NCBI GenBank assembly: GCA_902776365.1
Contig: CACYPU010000002.1
Span: 131,180-195,179 of the forward strand
Direction of reading: 5' to 3'
Length of the DNA: 64,000 bases
Origin: an uncultured Bacteroidota bacterium
GTDB taxonomy: Bacteria; Bacteroidota; Bacteroidia; Bacteroidales; P3
In this document: positions 19,461-29,290 of the stretch, in pieces
Layout: each line of letters opens with the position of its first letter
How positions within the stretch are numbered: position 1 is the stretch's first letter
The notes under the pieces: generated by a model
What the model was told of the DNA's origin: nothing
Database searches by the model: none
The model's input: only the letters and a program-made list of their open reading frames with translations
Translations under genes and position numbers: made by a program

Positions 19461-21212
19461 ATGAAACATATTATCGGTATTGACCTTGGAACCACCAACT
19501 GCTGCGCTGCAGTGGTTATTGATGGCAAGCCTGTTGTCATTCCCAACAGCCAGGGCGGTCTTATCACACCCTCTGTCGTCTGCTTCAACGACGACGGCAC
19601 TTGCCTCGTGGGCGAACCCGCTCGTCGGCGGGCTATTCTGCACCCTCTTCGTACCATCTGTAGTGTCAAGCGTTTCATGGGCGAATCCTATGATGCTACA
19701 AAAAATCTTGTCAAGGGAATGCCCTACCGTGTAGGTTGTAGCGACAAACACCTCCCTCAGTTCGACGGTGGCAATCGCTGGCGCACCCCTCAGGAGGTCA
19801 GTGCTGAAATCCTTCGCTCAGTCAAACGCAACGCCGAGAAATATCTTGGCGTTCCTGTAGATGAGGCCATCATCACAGTCCCAGCTTATTTCAACGACCT
19901 CCAGCGTCAGGCTACAAAAGAGGCCGGCGAGCTGGCCGGATTCAAGGTGCGCCGCATCATCGCCGAACCCACGGCGGCTGCCATGGCATATGGTTATGGG
20001 AAAACAATTAAAAACGACAACTTGGCGGTATTTCATCTGGGAGGTGGTACCTTCGATATTTCTATTCTCAACATTGGAGATGATTTTTATGAAGTCAAAT
20101 CAACCAATGGAAATACCCACCTTGGAGGTGACGACTTCGACAAGGCTATCGTCGACTGGTTGGCCTCTGACTTTCAAAATGCCCACGGCATCGACCTCCG
20201 CCAGGATTCCACCGCTCACCAGCGTCTCCGCGAGGCCGCAGAGAAAGCTAAAATAGAACTCTCCAGCTCCTTGGAGACAGAAATCGACTTACCCTGCATC
20301 TCCGTGGTTGACGGTGTGCCTCAGTTTATTCATACAACTCTCACCCGCAACAAATTCGAGGCCTTGTGTGACCATCTCATCTGTGCCATTGTCGAGCCAT
20401 GCCGACGGGCCATGTTCGATGCAGGCCTCACTAACAGCGAACTCAAGGATGTCATCCTTGTTGGTGGTTCGTCCCGCATCCCTGCTATCCAGAAGAAACT
20501 CGAGCATTTTTTCGGTAACGTTTCTGGCAAGGGTGTCAATGCAGACGAGGCGGTAGCTATCGGTGCCGCCATACAGGGGGCTGTGCTTAGTGGACAAGAG
20601 AAGGATGTTTTCTTGCTCGATGTCATTCCTTTAAGTCTCGGCATCGAGACTCAGGGAGGTATTATGACAAAACTCATTGATGCCAATACTGCCATCCCTA
20701 CCAAGAGAAGTCAGGTGTTTAGTACCACTGTCGACAACCAAACCGAGGTGCAACTGCGTATTCTGCAAGGTGAGCGCCCCATGGCCAACGATAATAAAAC
20801 CATCGCCCGTGTCACCCTCTGTGGGATTACTCCGGCGCCCAAAGGTGTAACACAGATAGAATTGACTTTCGATGTTGACTCCAATGGCATCCTTCGGATT
20901 ACGGCAACAGAAAAAACAACAAACAAAAGCATACATGTAGAAATCGTTGCAGGCACAAATATCACCGAGGAGGATTTCCTTCATGATGGCAACTACTATG
21001 CCAAGCCGTCACACTCCACATCCACAGCATCTTCTTTCTCCCAAGCCTCGCCTCGAACTAAACGGCAAACGTATTCTTCGTCTTCGGCTTCTGCTACTTC
21101 CACTTGCCGGTCCGCGATATCCTCTCCTTGGTGGAGTAGGGCCTGGGTCGGTTTCGCTGCCGTCCTCCTCATGGCTACCCTTGTTACGGTTATCTATGTC
21201 CTGGCTCAATAA
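19461..21212 (+). CDS. Hsp70 family protein lacking the helical lid, with C-terminal TM anchor
   Basis: Hsp70 motifs GIDLGTTNC, IAEPTAAAMAYG, HLGGGTFDIS, VILVGGSSRIPAIQ and the SBD-beta segment LLDVIPLSLGIETQGG. After the SBD-beta domain comes a Ser-rich tail and a TM segment WVGFAAVLLMATLVTVIYVLAQ. Confidence 0.85.
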   Translation: MKHIIGIDLGTTNCCAAVVIDGKPVVIPNSQGGLITPSVVCFNDDGTCLVGEPARRRAILHPLRTICSVKRFMGESYDATKNLVKGMPYRVGCSDKHLPQFDGGNRWRTPQEVSAEILRSVKRNAEKYLGVPVDEAIITVPAYFNDLQRQATKEAGELAGFKVRRIIAEPTAAAMAYGYGKTIKNDNLAVFHLGGGTFDISILNIGDDFYEVKSTNGNTHLGGDDFDKAIVDWLASDFQNAHGIDLRQDSTAHQRLREAAEKAKIELSSSLETEIDLPCISVVDGVPQFIHTTLTRNKFEALCDHLICAIVEPCRRAMFDAGLTNSELKDVILVGGSSRIPAIQKKLEHFFGNVSGKGVNADEAVAIGAAIQGAVLSGQEKDVFLLDVIPLSLGIETQGGIMTKLIDANTAIPTKRSQVFSTTVDNQTEVQLRILQGERPMANDNKTIARVTLCGITPAPKGVTQIELTFDVDSNGILRITATEKTTNKSIHVEIVAGTNITEEDFLHDGNYYAKPSHSTSTASSFSQASPRTKRQTYSSSSASATSTCRSAISSPWWSRAWVGFAAVLLMATLVTVIYVLAQ

Positions 21213-21236
21213 CTTCATTGTTCACTGCTAGACAAT

Positions 21237-22298
21237 ATGGACTCCTTCGCCAATCTAATGAATCGCACCAATCTCCTCGTAGGGAAAGGACAATTCGATT
21301 CAGCAGCCCTGGTGTTCCTGAAAGCGTTGGACATCAATGCCGAGGCAGCATGGGATAGTCTATGGAACCAGACCCCATGGGAATTCTATGTTGCCCTCCT
21401 ACCTCCGCAACTTAACCGTTGGAACCGTCTTCCACTTCGCTCAAAGATTGTTTCCGTCCGAACCCTCCTCTATCTACGCGACTTCGAATACGCCCTGCCA
21501 TTCATTGCCGACCTTGCACGGCTCCTCCCCAAACATAACCTACCTCTCGAGTTTTTCGCCAAGACTCATGCTGGCATGGGACATTTCTATTGTGCCTTGC
21601 AATATGTCGAACGTATTGAAAATTCCAGTTTCTTCCCCGAATTTGAGTTTCCTGTTAGCGGAGATGGAATTAATTCACTTAAACTCTTCAAACTCGATGC
21701 CCTCTTCGAACTGGGCGACGATGATACGTTCGAACGTTGTATTGATGAGGAACTCTTCGACAATCGCAACCCTAGCCTACTGCTTTACAAATCGTTTTGG
21801 CTCCGCAATATAGGACGCTATGAGGAAGGCCTTGCCCTCGCCGAGGATTCTTTTGCTCTCAGTAGTTCCTCTCAGGCACTCTTTCAGCGCGGTTGGTTCC
21901 TCCGTGCTCTGGGAGACCCCCGTGCTGATGCTGATTTTCGCACATTTCTCGCCATGCCCTCCTCTCCCACGCACGACTACTATCTTCCCTTTGTTCACTG
22001 CTACTTAGGCCAGCGGGAAAATGCTTGTCAAGCCATGCTTGATTACTTTGTTGCAAACCCTGATTCCTACCAGGGCTACTACCTTTGTGCCGAGATTTAT
22101 TCCCTTCTAGGCGATATTCCGATGGCTGTCGATTGCCTCGAACAGGCTTTCCGAAACGGCCTTGTCTCTCGAGCTGGTCTATATGCCGACCCTTCCCTTC
22201 AGCCGCTCCTTGCTGATCCTGAAGGATCCGTCCTCATCCGTTCCCACCTCCATTCTCTCGAGCAGTCAGACCTCCTATGTGCGAGGAATTTTTTTTGA
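21237..22298 (+). CDS. TPR-like repeat protein
   Basis: 353 aa of helical repeats. No J-domain HPD motif was seen. It starts 24 nt after the Hsp70 gene. Confidence 0.6.
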   Translation: MDSFANLMNRTNLLVGKGQFDSAALVFLKALDINAEAAWDSLWNQTPWEFYVALLPPQLNRWNRLPLRSKIVSVRTLLYLRDFEYALPFIADLARLLPKHNLPLEFFAKTHAGMGHFYCALQYVERIENSSFFPEFEFPVSGDGINSLKLFKLDALFELGDDDTFERCIDEELFDNRNPSLLLYKSFWLRNIGRYEEGLALAEDSFALSSSSQALFQRGWFLRALGDPRADADFRTFLAMPSSPTHDYYLPFVHCYLGQRENACQAMLDYFVANPDSYQGYYLCAEIYSLLGDIPMAVDCLEQAFRNGLVSRAGLYADPSLQPLLADPEGSVLIRSHLHSLEQSDLLCARNFF

Positions 22299-22393
22299 AA
22301 AAAAAGCCACCCTTGTCATATTTACCCTTTTTCAATCGTAGTTATAGGTAGAAAGGTTAATTGATAATATTAGTATTTAAAAACAATATCATT

Positions 22394-23386
22394 ATGAAAA
22401 GAGTATTTCTTCTTCTCTCCTGTGCATTGCTTGTTGCAGCCTGTGGCGAAAGCACGATAGAGCAAACGGAAAGTTTCAAAACCACCCATGCTGTCGACAC
22501 TACAGCGTTGAGAACTGTCATGGAACAAGCACTCGTCGGTGCCCTCGAAAAAGATGTACAGCGCGGACACGTGATGGTGATGGATGTCTCCACGGGACAT
22601 TTGATTTTGGATCAATGTATTGAGATGTGTGATGGAACTTTTCAAAGTGTTGCAGTGAGAGATACCTTCATCGAGCCTGCGGCTCTGCTCGCCGTCCCTA
22701 TCCTTGCAACCCTCTTTGACGACCCCACAGTAGAACTCGATACCGCCATGCTTTTCCAAGTCTGGCGACAGACCTACCTCGACGGTAGTCTGTACATTAA
22801 GGATATCTCACGTTGCAGCGTATGGCGGGACTCCCTACCGCTCCATACCGCCTTTGCCAATTCCTCCGTTGTTGCGAGGTGCGAGGTTTGCGACAAATAT
22901 TACTCCTATTGTCCTGATAGTTTAATGACAAGGATATACCGACTCTTCCCTAATGCAAAAGCCAATGTTTTTACGGGACCCACAGATTTCTACAGGCTCT
23001 GTACGGGATATGGTATCAGGCTTTCCCCGTCAGACATACTCTCTTTTTACACCGCCATTGCTGCAGGTGGTGTTGACCCCACCACAGGTCGTCGCCTCTG
23101 CATGGACTCGACTGCCGATGTCTTGAAATCACTTTTGTGTGAAGTTGTCGAGCAGGGCACTGCCCGCAACATTCATACCGATGCATACCTTATTGCAGGC
23201 AATTCCGCCATGGTATCGAACATTGTCCTTTACAAGCAACACACCTCCATGTTTGTTGGTTTCTTTCCTGCCGACAAGCCTAAATTCTCTTGCCTTGTGA
23301 TTCTCGAGGGGCACACATATCCCCAAAGTGCCGCCAAGGTTTTTAAAACCATCTCCGACTACCTATACCAAAATAATCAGAATTGA
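22394..23386 (+). CDS. penicillin-binding-protein transpeptidase-like lipoprotein, catalytic motifs degenerate
   Basis: The start is trimmed to MKRVFLLLSCALLVAACG. It has a PBP-like VMVMDVSTGHLIL segment. The SxxK position reads EPAALLAV, SxN reads ANSSVV and KTG reads AGNSAMV. Confidence 0.65.
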   Translation: MKRVFLLLSCALLVAACGESTIEQTESFKTTHAVDTTALRTVMEQALVGALEKDVQRGHVMVMDVSTGHLILDQCIEMCDGTFQSVAVRDTFIEPAALLAVPILATLFDDPTVELDTAMLFQVWRQTYLDGSLYIKDISRCSVWRDSLPLHTAFANSSVVARCEVCDKYYSYCPDSLMTRIYRLFPNAKANVFTGPTDFYRLCTGYGIRLSPSDILSFYTAIAAGGVDPTTGRRLCMDSTADVLKSLLCEVVEQGTARNIHTDAYLIAGNSAMVSNIVLYKQHTSMFVGFFPADKPKFSCLVILEGHTYPQSAAKVFKTISDYLYQNNQN

Positions 23387-23417
23387 TGTTTTTTTTGCAA
23401 GAAAGAAAAAAAACGCC

Positions 23418-23425
23418 TACCTTTG
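23418..23425 (+). promoter_or_regulatory. -7 box TAnnTTTG
   Basis: TACCTTTG upstream of 23502. Confidence 0.5.
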
Positions 23426-23501
23426 TCAATTGGAAAATGTGAACGGAAATCTGTGAGTGGTTTGAAAAAGAATTGTTTAACCTATTTAATAAATAATCAT
23501 T

Positions 23502-23969
23502 ATGGAAGAAAAAGATCAGATTCTCATGCAGGAGGTCACCAAGTATGTCTCCAGCATCGGCAAATGGTACCGCTTCTTTGGCATCATGTCCATCATCGGT
23601 GCCGCTTGCATGATCCTCTCGGGTATTGTCATGCTGTTCTCCTCCTCTGTTACTCAGTACTATTCTGATTATGACAATTTTGGGATGTATAGCTATGGCT
23701 CCGAAACCATCGCCTCCGGCGTCAACTCCATCATGGGCATCGTCTACATCCTCTGCTCGGGCCTCATGATACCCATCGCAATCTTCATGCTGCGTGGTGC
23801 GTCGGCTGCCAGTCGCAGCATCGACTTCCAGGACAACGAACAGGCCGTCCTCTTCCTGAAGAACACCAAGAGCTACTGGAAGTTCTCGGGCATCCTCTCC
23901 ATCGTCGCCCTCTCGCTCTGCATTCTCATGGTCTTTGTGGCAATCTTTGTTACCGCTGCAAACCTCTGA
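23502..23969 (+). CDS. small integral membrane protein
   Basis: 155 aa with several hydrophobic helices (FFGIMSIIGAACMILSGIVMLF, IVYILCSGLMIPIAIFML, ILSIVALSLCILMVFVAIFV). Confidence 0.65.
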   Translation: MEEKDQILMQEVTKYVSSIGKWYRFFGIMSIIGAACMILSGIVMLFSSSVTQYYSDYDNFGMYSYGSETIASGVNSIMGIVYILCSGLMIPIAIFMLRGASAASRSIDFQDNEQAVLFLKNTKSYWKFSGILSIVALSLCILMVFVAIFVTAANL

Positions 23970-24063
23970 TAGTCACTTTCAGTAGTTACTAACTCCTGTC
24001 CGACGAGTGGATAGGTTGCGAGGTAAACCGCTAAGACTTCTTGATTGACTATGTGTGCCGTAC

Positions 24064-24957
24064 CTAGTATAGCGAATATCTAGGTTGTGGGATAGTGGGC
24101 ATGGCGCCGGATTGTGTGCAGATGTATGCCGACACCTCGGAGGCGAGGCTGTGAGCCTCGTTGATGCCCTTGCCGACTGTCAGCGCGCTGCAGAACGCGG
24201 CCGTGAAGGAGTCACCGGCACCCACGGTATCGACGACTTCCACCCGCGGACTTGCCTTGAAGGACGACCGTTCGGGTGTGTACACATAAGAGCCGGTCGC
24301 CCCGCAGGTGTAGATGACAATGTCGATGTTCCAGCGCTCCATCATCCGATGGCAGCGCTCTTCGGATGTACCCCCTTCAATGCCAAACATCCGGCATACG
24401 GTAGGTAGCTCATCTTCGTTGAGTTTAAAGATGTTGCATTGTTGGAGCGACTGTTCGACGATGTCTTTGCTGTAGTATTGCTGGCGGAGATTTATGTCGA
24501 AGACTTTCAAACAGTTGGCTGGCGTTGCGTCGAGAAATTGCCGGATGGTGTTCCTCGATGCGGCGTTGCGCTGTGCAAGTGTGCCGAAGCATACCACGGC
24601 GGTCATCCGCGCGGCGGCTTCCATTTCGGCAGTGAAGGGGATGTGGTCGTAAGCTACGTCCTCGGTAATGGTGTATTCAGGGAGACCTCCTGCGTTCATC
24701 TTTACCTTTACCTCTCCTGTGGGGAAATCCACCGTGGGCATAATGTTGTTGAGCCCTCGCTGCGACAGCTCTTCCTTCATCTGATGACCTAAGGTATCGT
24801 TGTTTCGGGCGCTGATGATGAGGACGTGGTCCATGCCTAACAGTTGACCGGCATGGTAAGCGAAGTTGGCCGGTGCGCCACCAAGGCGCACCCCTGTGGG
24901 AAGCATATCGAAAAGGCACTCCCCGATGCCGATAACGAGATGGCTATAGTTTGTCAT
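24064..24957 (-). CDS. PfkB family carbohydrate kinase (fructokinase-like)
   Basis: 297 aa with an N-terminal GECLFD..GGAPANFA segment and a C-terminal DTVGAGDSFTAAF motif. Confidence 0.85.
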   Translation of the reverse strand: MTNYSHLVIGIGECLFDMLPTGVRLGGAPANFAYHAGQLLGMDHVLIISARNNDTLGHQMKEELSQRGLNNIMPTVDFPTGEVKVKMNAGGLPEYTITEDVAYDHIPFTAEMEAAARMTAVVCFGTLAQRNAASRNTIRQFLDATPANCLKVFDINLRQQYYSKDIVEQSLQQCNIFKLNEDELPTVCRMFGIEGGTSEERCHRMMERWNIDIVIYTCGATGSYVYTPERSSFKASPRVEVVDTVGAGDSFTAAFCSALTVGKGINEAHSLASEVSAYICTQSGAMPTIPQPRYSLY

Positions 24958-24958
24958 T

Positions 24959-27900
24959 TTATTTGATTTTCTTGATACTTACTACTTTGATGCCCTTCAC
25001 CAATGGGTGGCCGACGAGATTGGCTAAGTCATTAGCTTCTTGTGCATTGGATAGAATTAACAGAAAGTCATAGGCTTCTGTTGCATATGAGCTTGTTCCG
25101 TGACTATTGGGCGATATTATCAGAAAACTATCATTTTCTTTTTTTGTAATGCTGAGCAAGATGGGTTTTCCGTCTAGATAGGATACGAGTTCCTCTTCGG
25201 GATATTCTTCGAAGATTCTTCGTAAGGAGAAGAATCTGTTCTTGAGTGTTATTTTTATTGTGTCTCCCGTGATTTTAGTTTTCCCAATGGCTGTTCCGTC
25301 GAATAGGGGAGATCCGTCTTTAGGGTTCAAGTCGGCATTGGCAAAATTGATTTCCAGTTTTCCCGGGGTGGTTATGAGCTCTTTTATGATGTTGGTGTCT
25401 CTTACGTGTCGTAGGTCGATAGTGTAGAGGTCAGTTCCTGGCACGTTTTGCGGCCAGTTGATATTGTCATGACCCAGTATTTGTTCCAGACGGAGACAAA
25501 TGTTTTGCAGCATCTGTTTTTTCTCTTCCATAAGTTCCCATTCATATTCAAGATTGTAGAGTGTGGGGTATTGAGTGATAAGAGCATGCTCACTGAGATT
25601 GAGAGCGGATTTGAGGCGGGAGAAGAAGGTGCCCACGGTGTCGAACTTCTCTTGTCCGGCCTGAAGGATGGCAAGACTGAGGGTAGAATCCATTTCTTGT
25701 CTGTAATTTGCACGTAGCCAGTCGGCCGGGGAGAGCATGAAGGTGACCCTGATATTAGCACCCAATGTTTGGATGGTTCTGTCAGCTTGAGGGGAAGATT
25801 GGAGGCATGTTGTGGGTGTTGGCAAGGTGAAATTGAAAGATGGTGTTTGGTGGTTAGTGGTTTGTAGGGGCTGTCTTCTGTACCTGACCTGTTTCAAGGT
25901 GAGTAGGTGGTCGCGAGGGTTGAGCTCAATACTGAAATTGTCAAGGACGCTCATGCCGAGGAGCAGTGGTGCAGTGTCTTGCTTGGTGATGGAGGCTGTC
26001 ACATCGTGGAGGACGATGCCTCCGATTTCGACGGTTCGGAGTAGGACGACGGGTCTTACTTCCGAGCTTCCGTTGGCACAAATATAGGTCATGGTTGTCA
26101 CAGAATCTTCGCTCATTTTTAGCGTGCCATTCGCAATCATCTGTTTGGCCATCTGATTAGAAATCTGTACATGTCCGGATCCAGAATCGAATATCAAACT
26201 GTCAGTGATTCCGTTGAGGGTACAACTTACTTTCATCACCCCGTTTGATGTGTGGTATTCGAGAAAGGCGATGTTGGTGTCTATTTCGAGCGAATTTAGT
26301 TCAAGGTTTTGTTCGAAGAAATTCGGTAGCTTTTTCCATACAGTTTCCATGTAGGGAAGAACTTTTGCTTCGGAGAGTAGCATGGGATCGTGAGAAAAAC
26401 GCTGCATGGCATCCACGCTTTTTATTGCTTCTTCAATGTGTCCTGTCATGCTGTAGATTTGTGCCAGATAGAGGTGATTATAAGCGGCTTTCAAGGAGTC
26501 TTCCCCATTGTGGTAGAAATTGTACTCAATGAGAGTGTCCAGTTGGAGGTAGAATGGCTCGGCGAGTTTGAGGGCCAGATTTTTATTGCCGAGCAGGGCG
26601 AGGATAAAAGCTTTATCGCCGTCGGAAGTCTTTTCGTTTTCAAGGGCAGCATTGAAATCTGTCAGGGCTTTCTCGCTGTATTCATTGCGTTTGTTGTCGG
26701 AGACGGCTTTTTGGGCCATGTTATGGTAGCAGACTCCGCGCATCAATAGGCCATAAGGAGTCGTTTCTTTTGAGAGATATTTGTCAAAATAATATATTGC
26801 CTCAAGGTATTGCCCATTTATATAGTAGGTTCTACCGTTGTACAAGTCCAAATCAATGCTACTGAATTCGTATTCCGAGTAGAGATTTCCAGTATTGCGG
26901 GTGTGGCGCAATGCGTTGATGAAGCCGTCACCCCAGTAACCCAACTCTTGAAGACATAGAAATTGATTGGTGAGCAGGACATTGTCGTGACAAAAACGTG
27001 TGGATATGGAGTCATAGAAGACCAGTGCTTTTTCATAAAAAGATTTTGCCCCTTCGATATCCCCGTTTCTTTTTTTGAAATCTCCCTGTCTCATTAGCCA
27101 GAACATAGGGTAAGCAGCATAAGGTGTAGTAATCCAGATTGTTTTTCCCAGTATGGGGATTTCTATCATGTTGTTCAGCCCTGGATAAAGCATACGGCGG
27201 TTATTGTAAAAGAATTTTCCTATCTCATTCTCGCGTTTGTAGTAGGCACTCGTGTCTCCTTGGGCAATATAAATCCATTCCATGAAGTCAGTGTTGTGTA
27301 TTGCTTCTATAGAATTGAGTTTTATGTCGGCTAGGATATAGAAATAAGTGGCTGCATCAAAATATGAAGAAAGTCTTTCGTAGTTGTTCGGCCAGTCCGG
27401 GTCTTGAATAAGCCGGTTAAAACTTGTATCGTTGTTTATTTCGACACCTGTAAAAACGATTTTGTAAAGAGCATGGGCTATATCTGTGTAGTATTTGGCA
27501 AGGGCTAAGCATGATTCTATGGCTATCTGACAGGAGGTGTCAGATAACTGGGAAAAACCGGTATAAGATTGTGATTTTTCAAATGTTTTTGCAATGGCAA
27601 TATTGTCTTCGATGTTTTGTTCAGGGAGGTCTGCGACAAGGTCTGCATGTCGGCGCAGCGACCATACATACAAATCGCATAGACTCGGGTAGCTTTGCCA
27701 TTTCTCGTAATCTAAGTAGTGATGGTTCTCAATGGCTTCAAAATAGCGAATGGATTCTGTCAGGCTTTTGATATCTCCTTTTTGGTAGAGACGTTCCATT
27801 TTCTTGTATGTTTCTGCATAGAGCTCGGTCTGCCCTTGAATGATATGACGCCATGCCTCTTGTTGCATTTCAGGCAACTCTGGTAGGATGTCGTCAGGTG

Positions 27901-28231
27901 CGTCTAGTACGCGGTCGAAATCAATGAAGGCTTGCAAAAAATCTCTTGATTTTTCGGCTGCGAGTGCCCGCTGGTAGTGTGCTTTGATGTTCAGTGTACG
28001 GAACTCGGGTAACATGTTGCAAGGGTAGGTGTCGTCAAGGATATTGGCGATGGAGTCGTAAATGTGGATGACCTGGGTGTAATTTTTTTCCACGTAGAGT
28101 CTCTCCATTCTTTTTAGAGGACTCTTGCAGTTTATTGTATCTGCATGTCCCCAGTTTGTATCCTGGGCATGGAAACAATTAGTCATCATTGAAAAAAAAC
28201 CTAGGAATAATGTCAATCTTTTTAGTGCCAT
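24959..28231 (-). CDS. exported TPR-repeat protein with retropepsin-like aspartic protease domain
   Basis: 1090 aa with a signal peptide and long TPR-like helical repeats. It then has LIFDSGSGHVQIS and ..IGGIVLHDV..LLLGMSVLDNFSIELN (clan AA Asp_protease_2-like). The C-terminal 330 aa or so are unassigned. Confidence 0.75.
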   Translation of the reverse strand: MALKRLTLFLGFFSMMTNCFHAQDTNWGHADTINCKSPLKRMERLYVEKNYTQVIHIYDSIANILDDTYPCNMLPEFRTLNIKAHYQRALAAEKSRDFLQAFIDFDRVLDAPDDILPELPEMQQEAWRHIIQGQTELYAETYKKMERLYQKGDIKSLTESIRYFEAIENHHYLDYEKWQSYPSLCDLYVWSLRRHADLVADLPEQNIEDNIAIAKTFEKSQSYTGFSQLSDTSCQIAIESCLALAKYYTDIAHALYKIVFTGVEINNDTSFNRLIQDPDWPNNYERLSSYFDAATYFYILADIKLNSIEAIHNTDFMEWIYIAQGDTSAYYKRENEIGKFFYNNRRMLYPGLNNMIEIPILGKTIWITTPYAAYPMFWLMRQGDFKKRNGDIEGAKSFYEKALVFYDSISTRFCHDNVLLTNQFLCLQELGYWGDGFINALRHTRNTGNLYSEYEFSSIDLDLYNGRTYYINGQYLEAIYYFDKYLSKETTPYGLLMRGVCYHNMAQKAVSDNKRNEYSEKALTDFNAALENEKTSDGDKAFILALLGNKNLALKLAEPFYLQLDTLIEYNFYHNGEDSLKAAYNHLYLAQIYSMTGHIEEAIKSVDAMQRFSHDPMLLSEAKVLPYMETVWKKLPNFFEQNLELNSLEIDTNIAFLEYHTSNGVMKVSCTLNGITDSLIFDSGSGHVQISNQMAKQMIANGTLKMSEDSVTTMTYICANGSSEVRPVVLLRTVEIGGIVLHDVTASITKQDTAPLLLGMSVLDNFSIELNPRDHLLTLKQVRYRRQPLQTTNHQTPSFNFTLPTPTTCLQSSPQADRTIQTLGANIRVTFMLSPADWLRANYRQEMDSTLSLAILQAGQEKFDTVGTFFSRLKSALNLSEHALITQYPTLYNLEYEWELMEEKKQMLQNICLRLEQILGHDNINWPQNVPGTDLYTIDLRHVRDTNIIKELITTPGKLEINFANADLNPKDGSPLFDGTAIGKTKITGDTIKITLKNRFFSLRRIFEEYPEEELVSYLDGKPILLSITKKENDSFLIISPNSHGTSSYATEAYDFLLILSNAQEANDLANLVGHPLVKGIKVVSIKKIK

Positions 28232-28281
28232 CGGTTTATGTTGTTTGACGAATTTGTTGTTCTCTGTTGAAAAAAAAAGAT

Positions 28282-29280
28282 TTAATTGAGGGATTTCTTA
28301 ACCTTCTTCAGGTCAGATTTCAAAGATGATATTTCAGCCATGGTCTCTTCGTGTGCGCCACCCATAAATACGGAACCTTCGGTGGTAGAAAGTTCAATGC
28401 CGTAAAATGAACCATGTGCATCCAATCGGCAAGCCCAAGGGGTGATGTCATCGTTGTCGTCAATGACTACCAGGTCATACGAGCCATTAGCGATGTCATT
28501 TTCATAGGTGGAATGGGCTTTCATATAGATAGTTTGAACTTTGCTAGATTTGGCTCTTAGATATACAGTACAGGCAGAAGCTCCAGCGTTTTTCAGTTCC
28601 AAATAGGATGTTTCGAGTTCTGGGTTGGAGAAGGTTGGTTTTATAACTTCGGGTGTTTCCATCTTTTTCCTGTAATTGCGACCATACCGGGGCCTTTTGT
28701 TTTCCGACTCAAGGTATGCTCGAATGGCGACATCCATGAGGTCATTGCATTTTTGTTCGGAAAGAAATGCCTCTTTTTTCTGAATTTGTTTAAGGTGATC
28801 TCCTTTTGGGTAACTGTGGATATACTTTTCGTAGGATGTTATACTGTTTTCGCTACAGGCGATTTGCCAGGCATATTCTTCACGGCTCCACAATAGGTTG
28901 TAGATATCTGTTTTCAGCAAGTTGTCGCTGACGTTGGTTTGCACTTTGCGGATTGAATCATACGTTTCGTTGGATAAAAGTTTTATGATGGTATCGCGAA
29001 CTTGTTCGGCTCTGAACTCTGGTGCGTCTTTGTACCGTGTAAGATACCAGCAAAGCCTCTCAACGGTTCCTTCCTGCAGGGCCATGTTATAAGCGATGTC
29101 TTCGGCATATTTGCTGTCAGGGTATTCCGTCAGAAATGCAGCGTATGCTTCCACAGTGTTTTCTTTCAGGGCTTTGTTATAAGACTTTTCGTCCATGGCT
29201 ATTTGGCCTGACTTTGTTCCACAGGAAGCGAGTGTCATCAGAATTAATGGGACGCTAAAAAGAAAAGATAATTTTTTCAT
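28282..29280 (-). CDS. lipoprotein with YbgF/BamD-like helical repeats
   Basis: The start is trimmed to MKKLSFLFSVPLILMTLASCG. It has repeated ..AY..FL..YP.S.Y.. motifs. Confidence 0.65.
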   Translation of the reverse strand: MKKLSFLFSVPLILMTLASCGTKSGQIAMDEKSYNKALKENTVEAYAAFLTEYPDSKYAEDIAYNMALQEGTVERLCWYLTRYKDAPEFRAEQVRDTIIKLLSNETYDSIRKVQTNVSDNLLKTDIYNLLWSREEYAWQIACSENSITSYEKYIHSYPKGDHLKQIQKKEAFLSEQKCNDLMDVAIRAYLESENKRPRYGRNYRKKMETPEVIKPTFSNPELETSYLELKNAGASACTVYLRAKSSKVQTIYMKAHSTYENDIANGSYDLVVIDDNDDITPWACRLDAHGSFYGIELSTTEGSVFMGGAHEETMAEISSLKSDLKKVKKSLN

Positions 29281-29290
29281 GTTGGATAAG

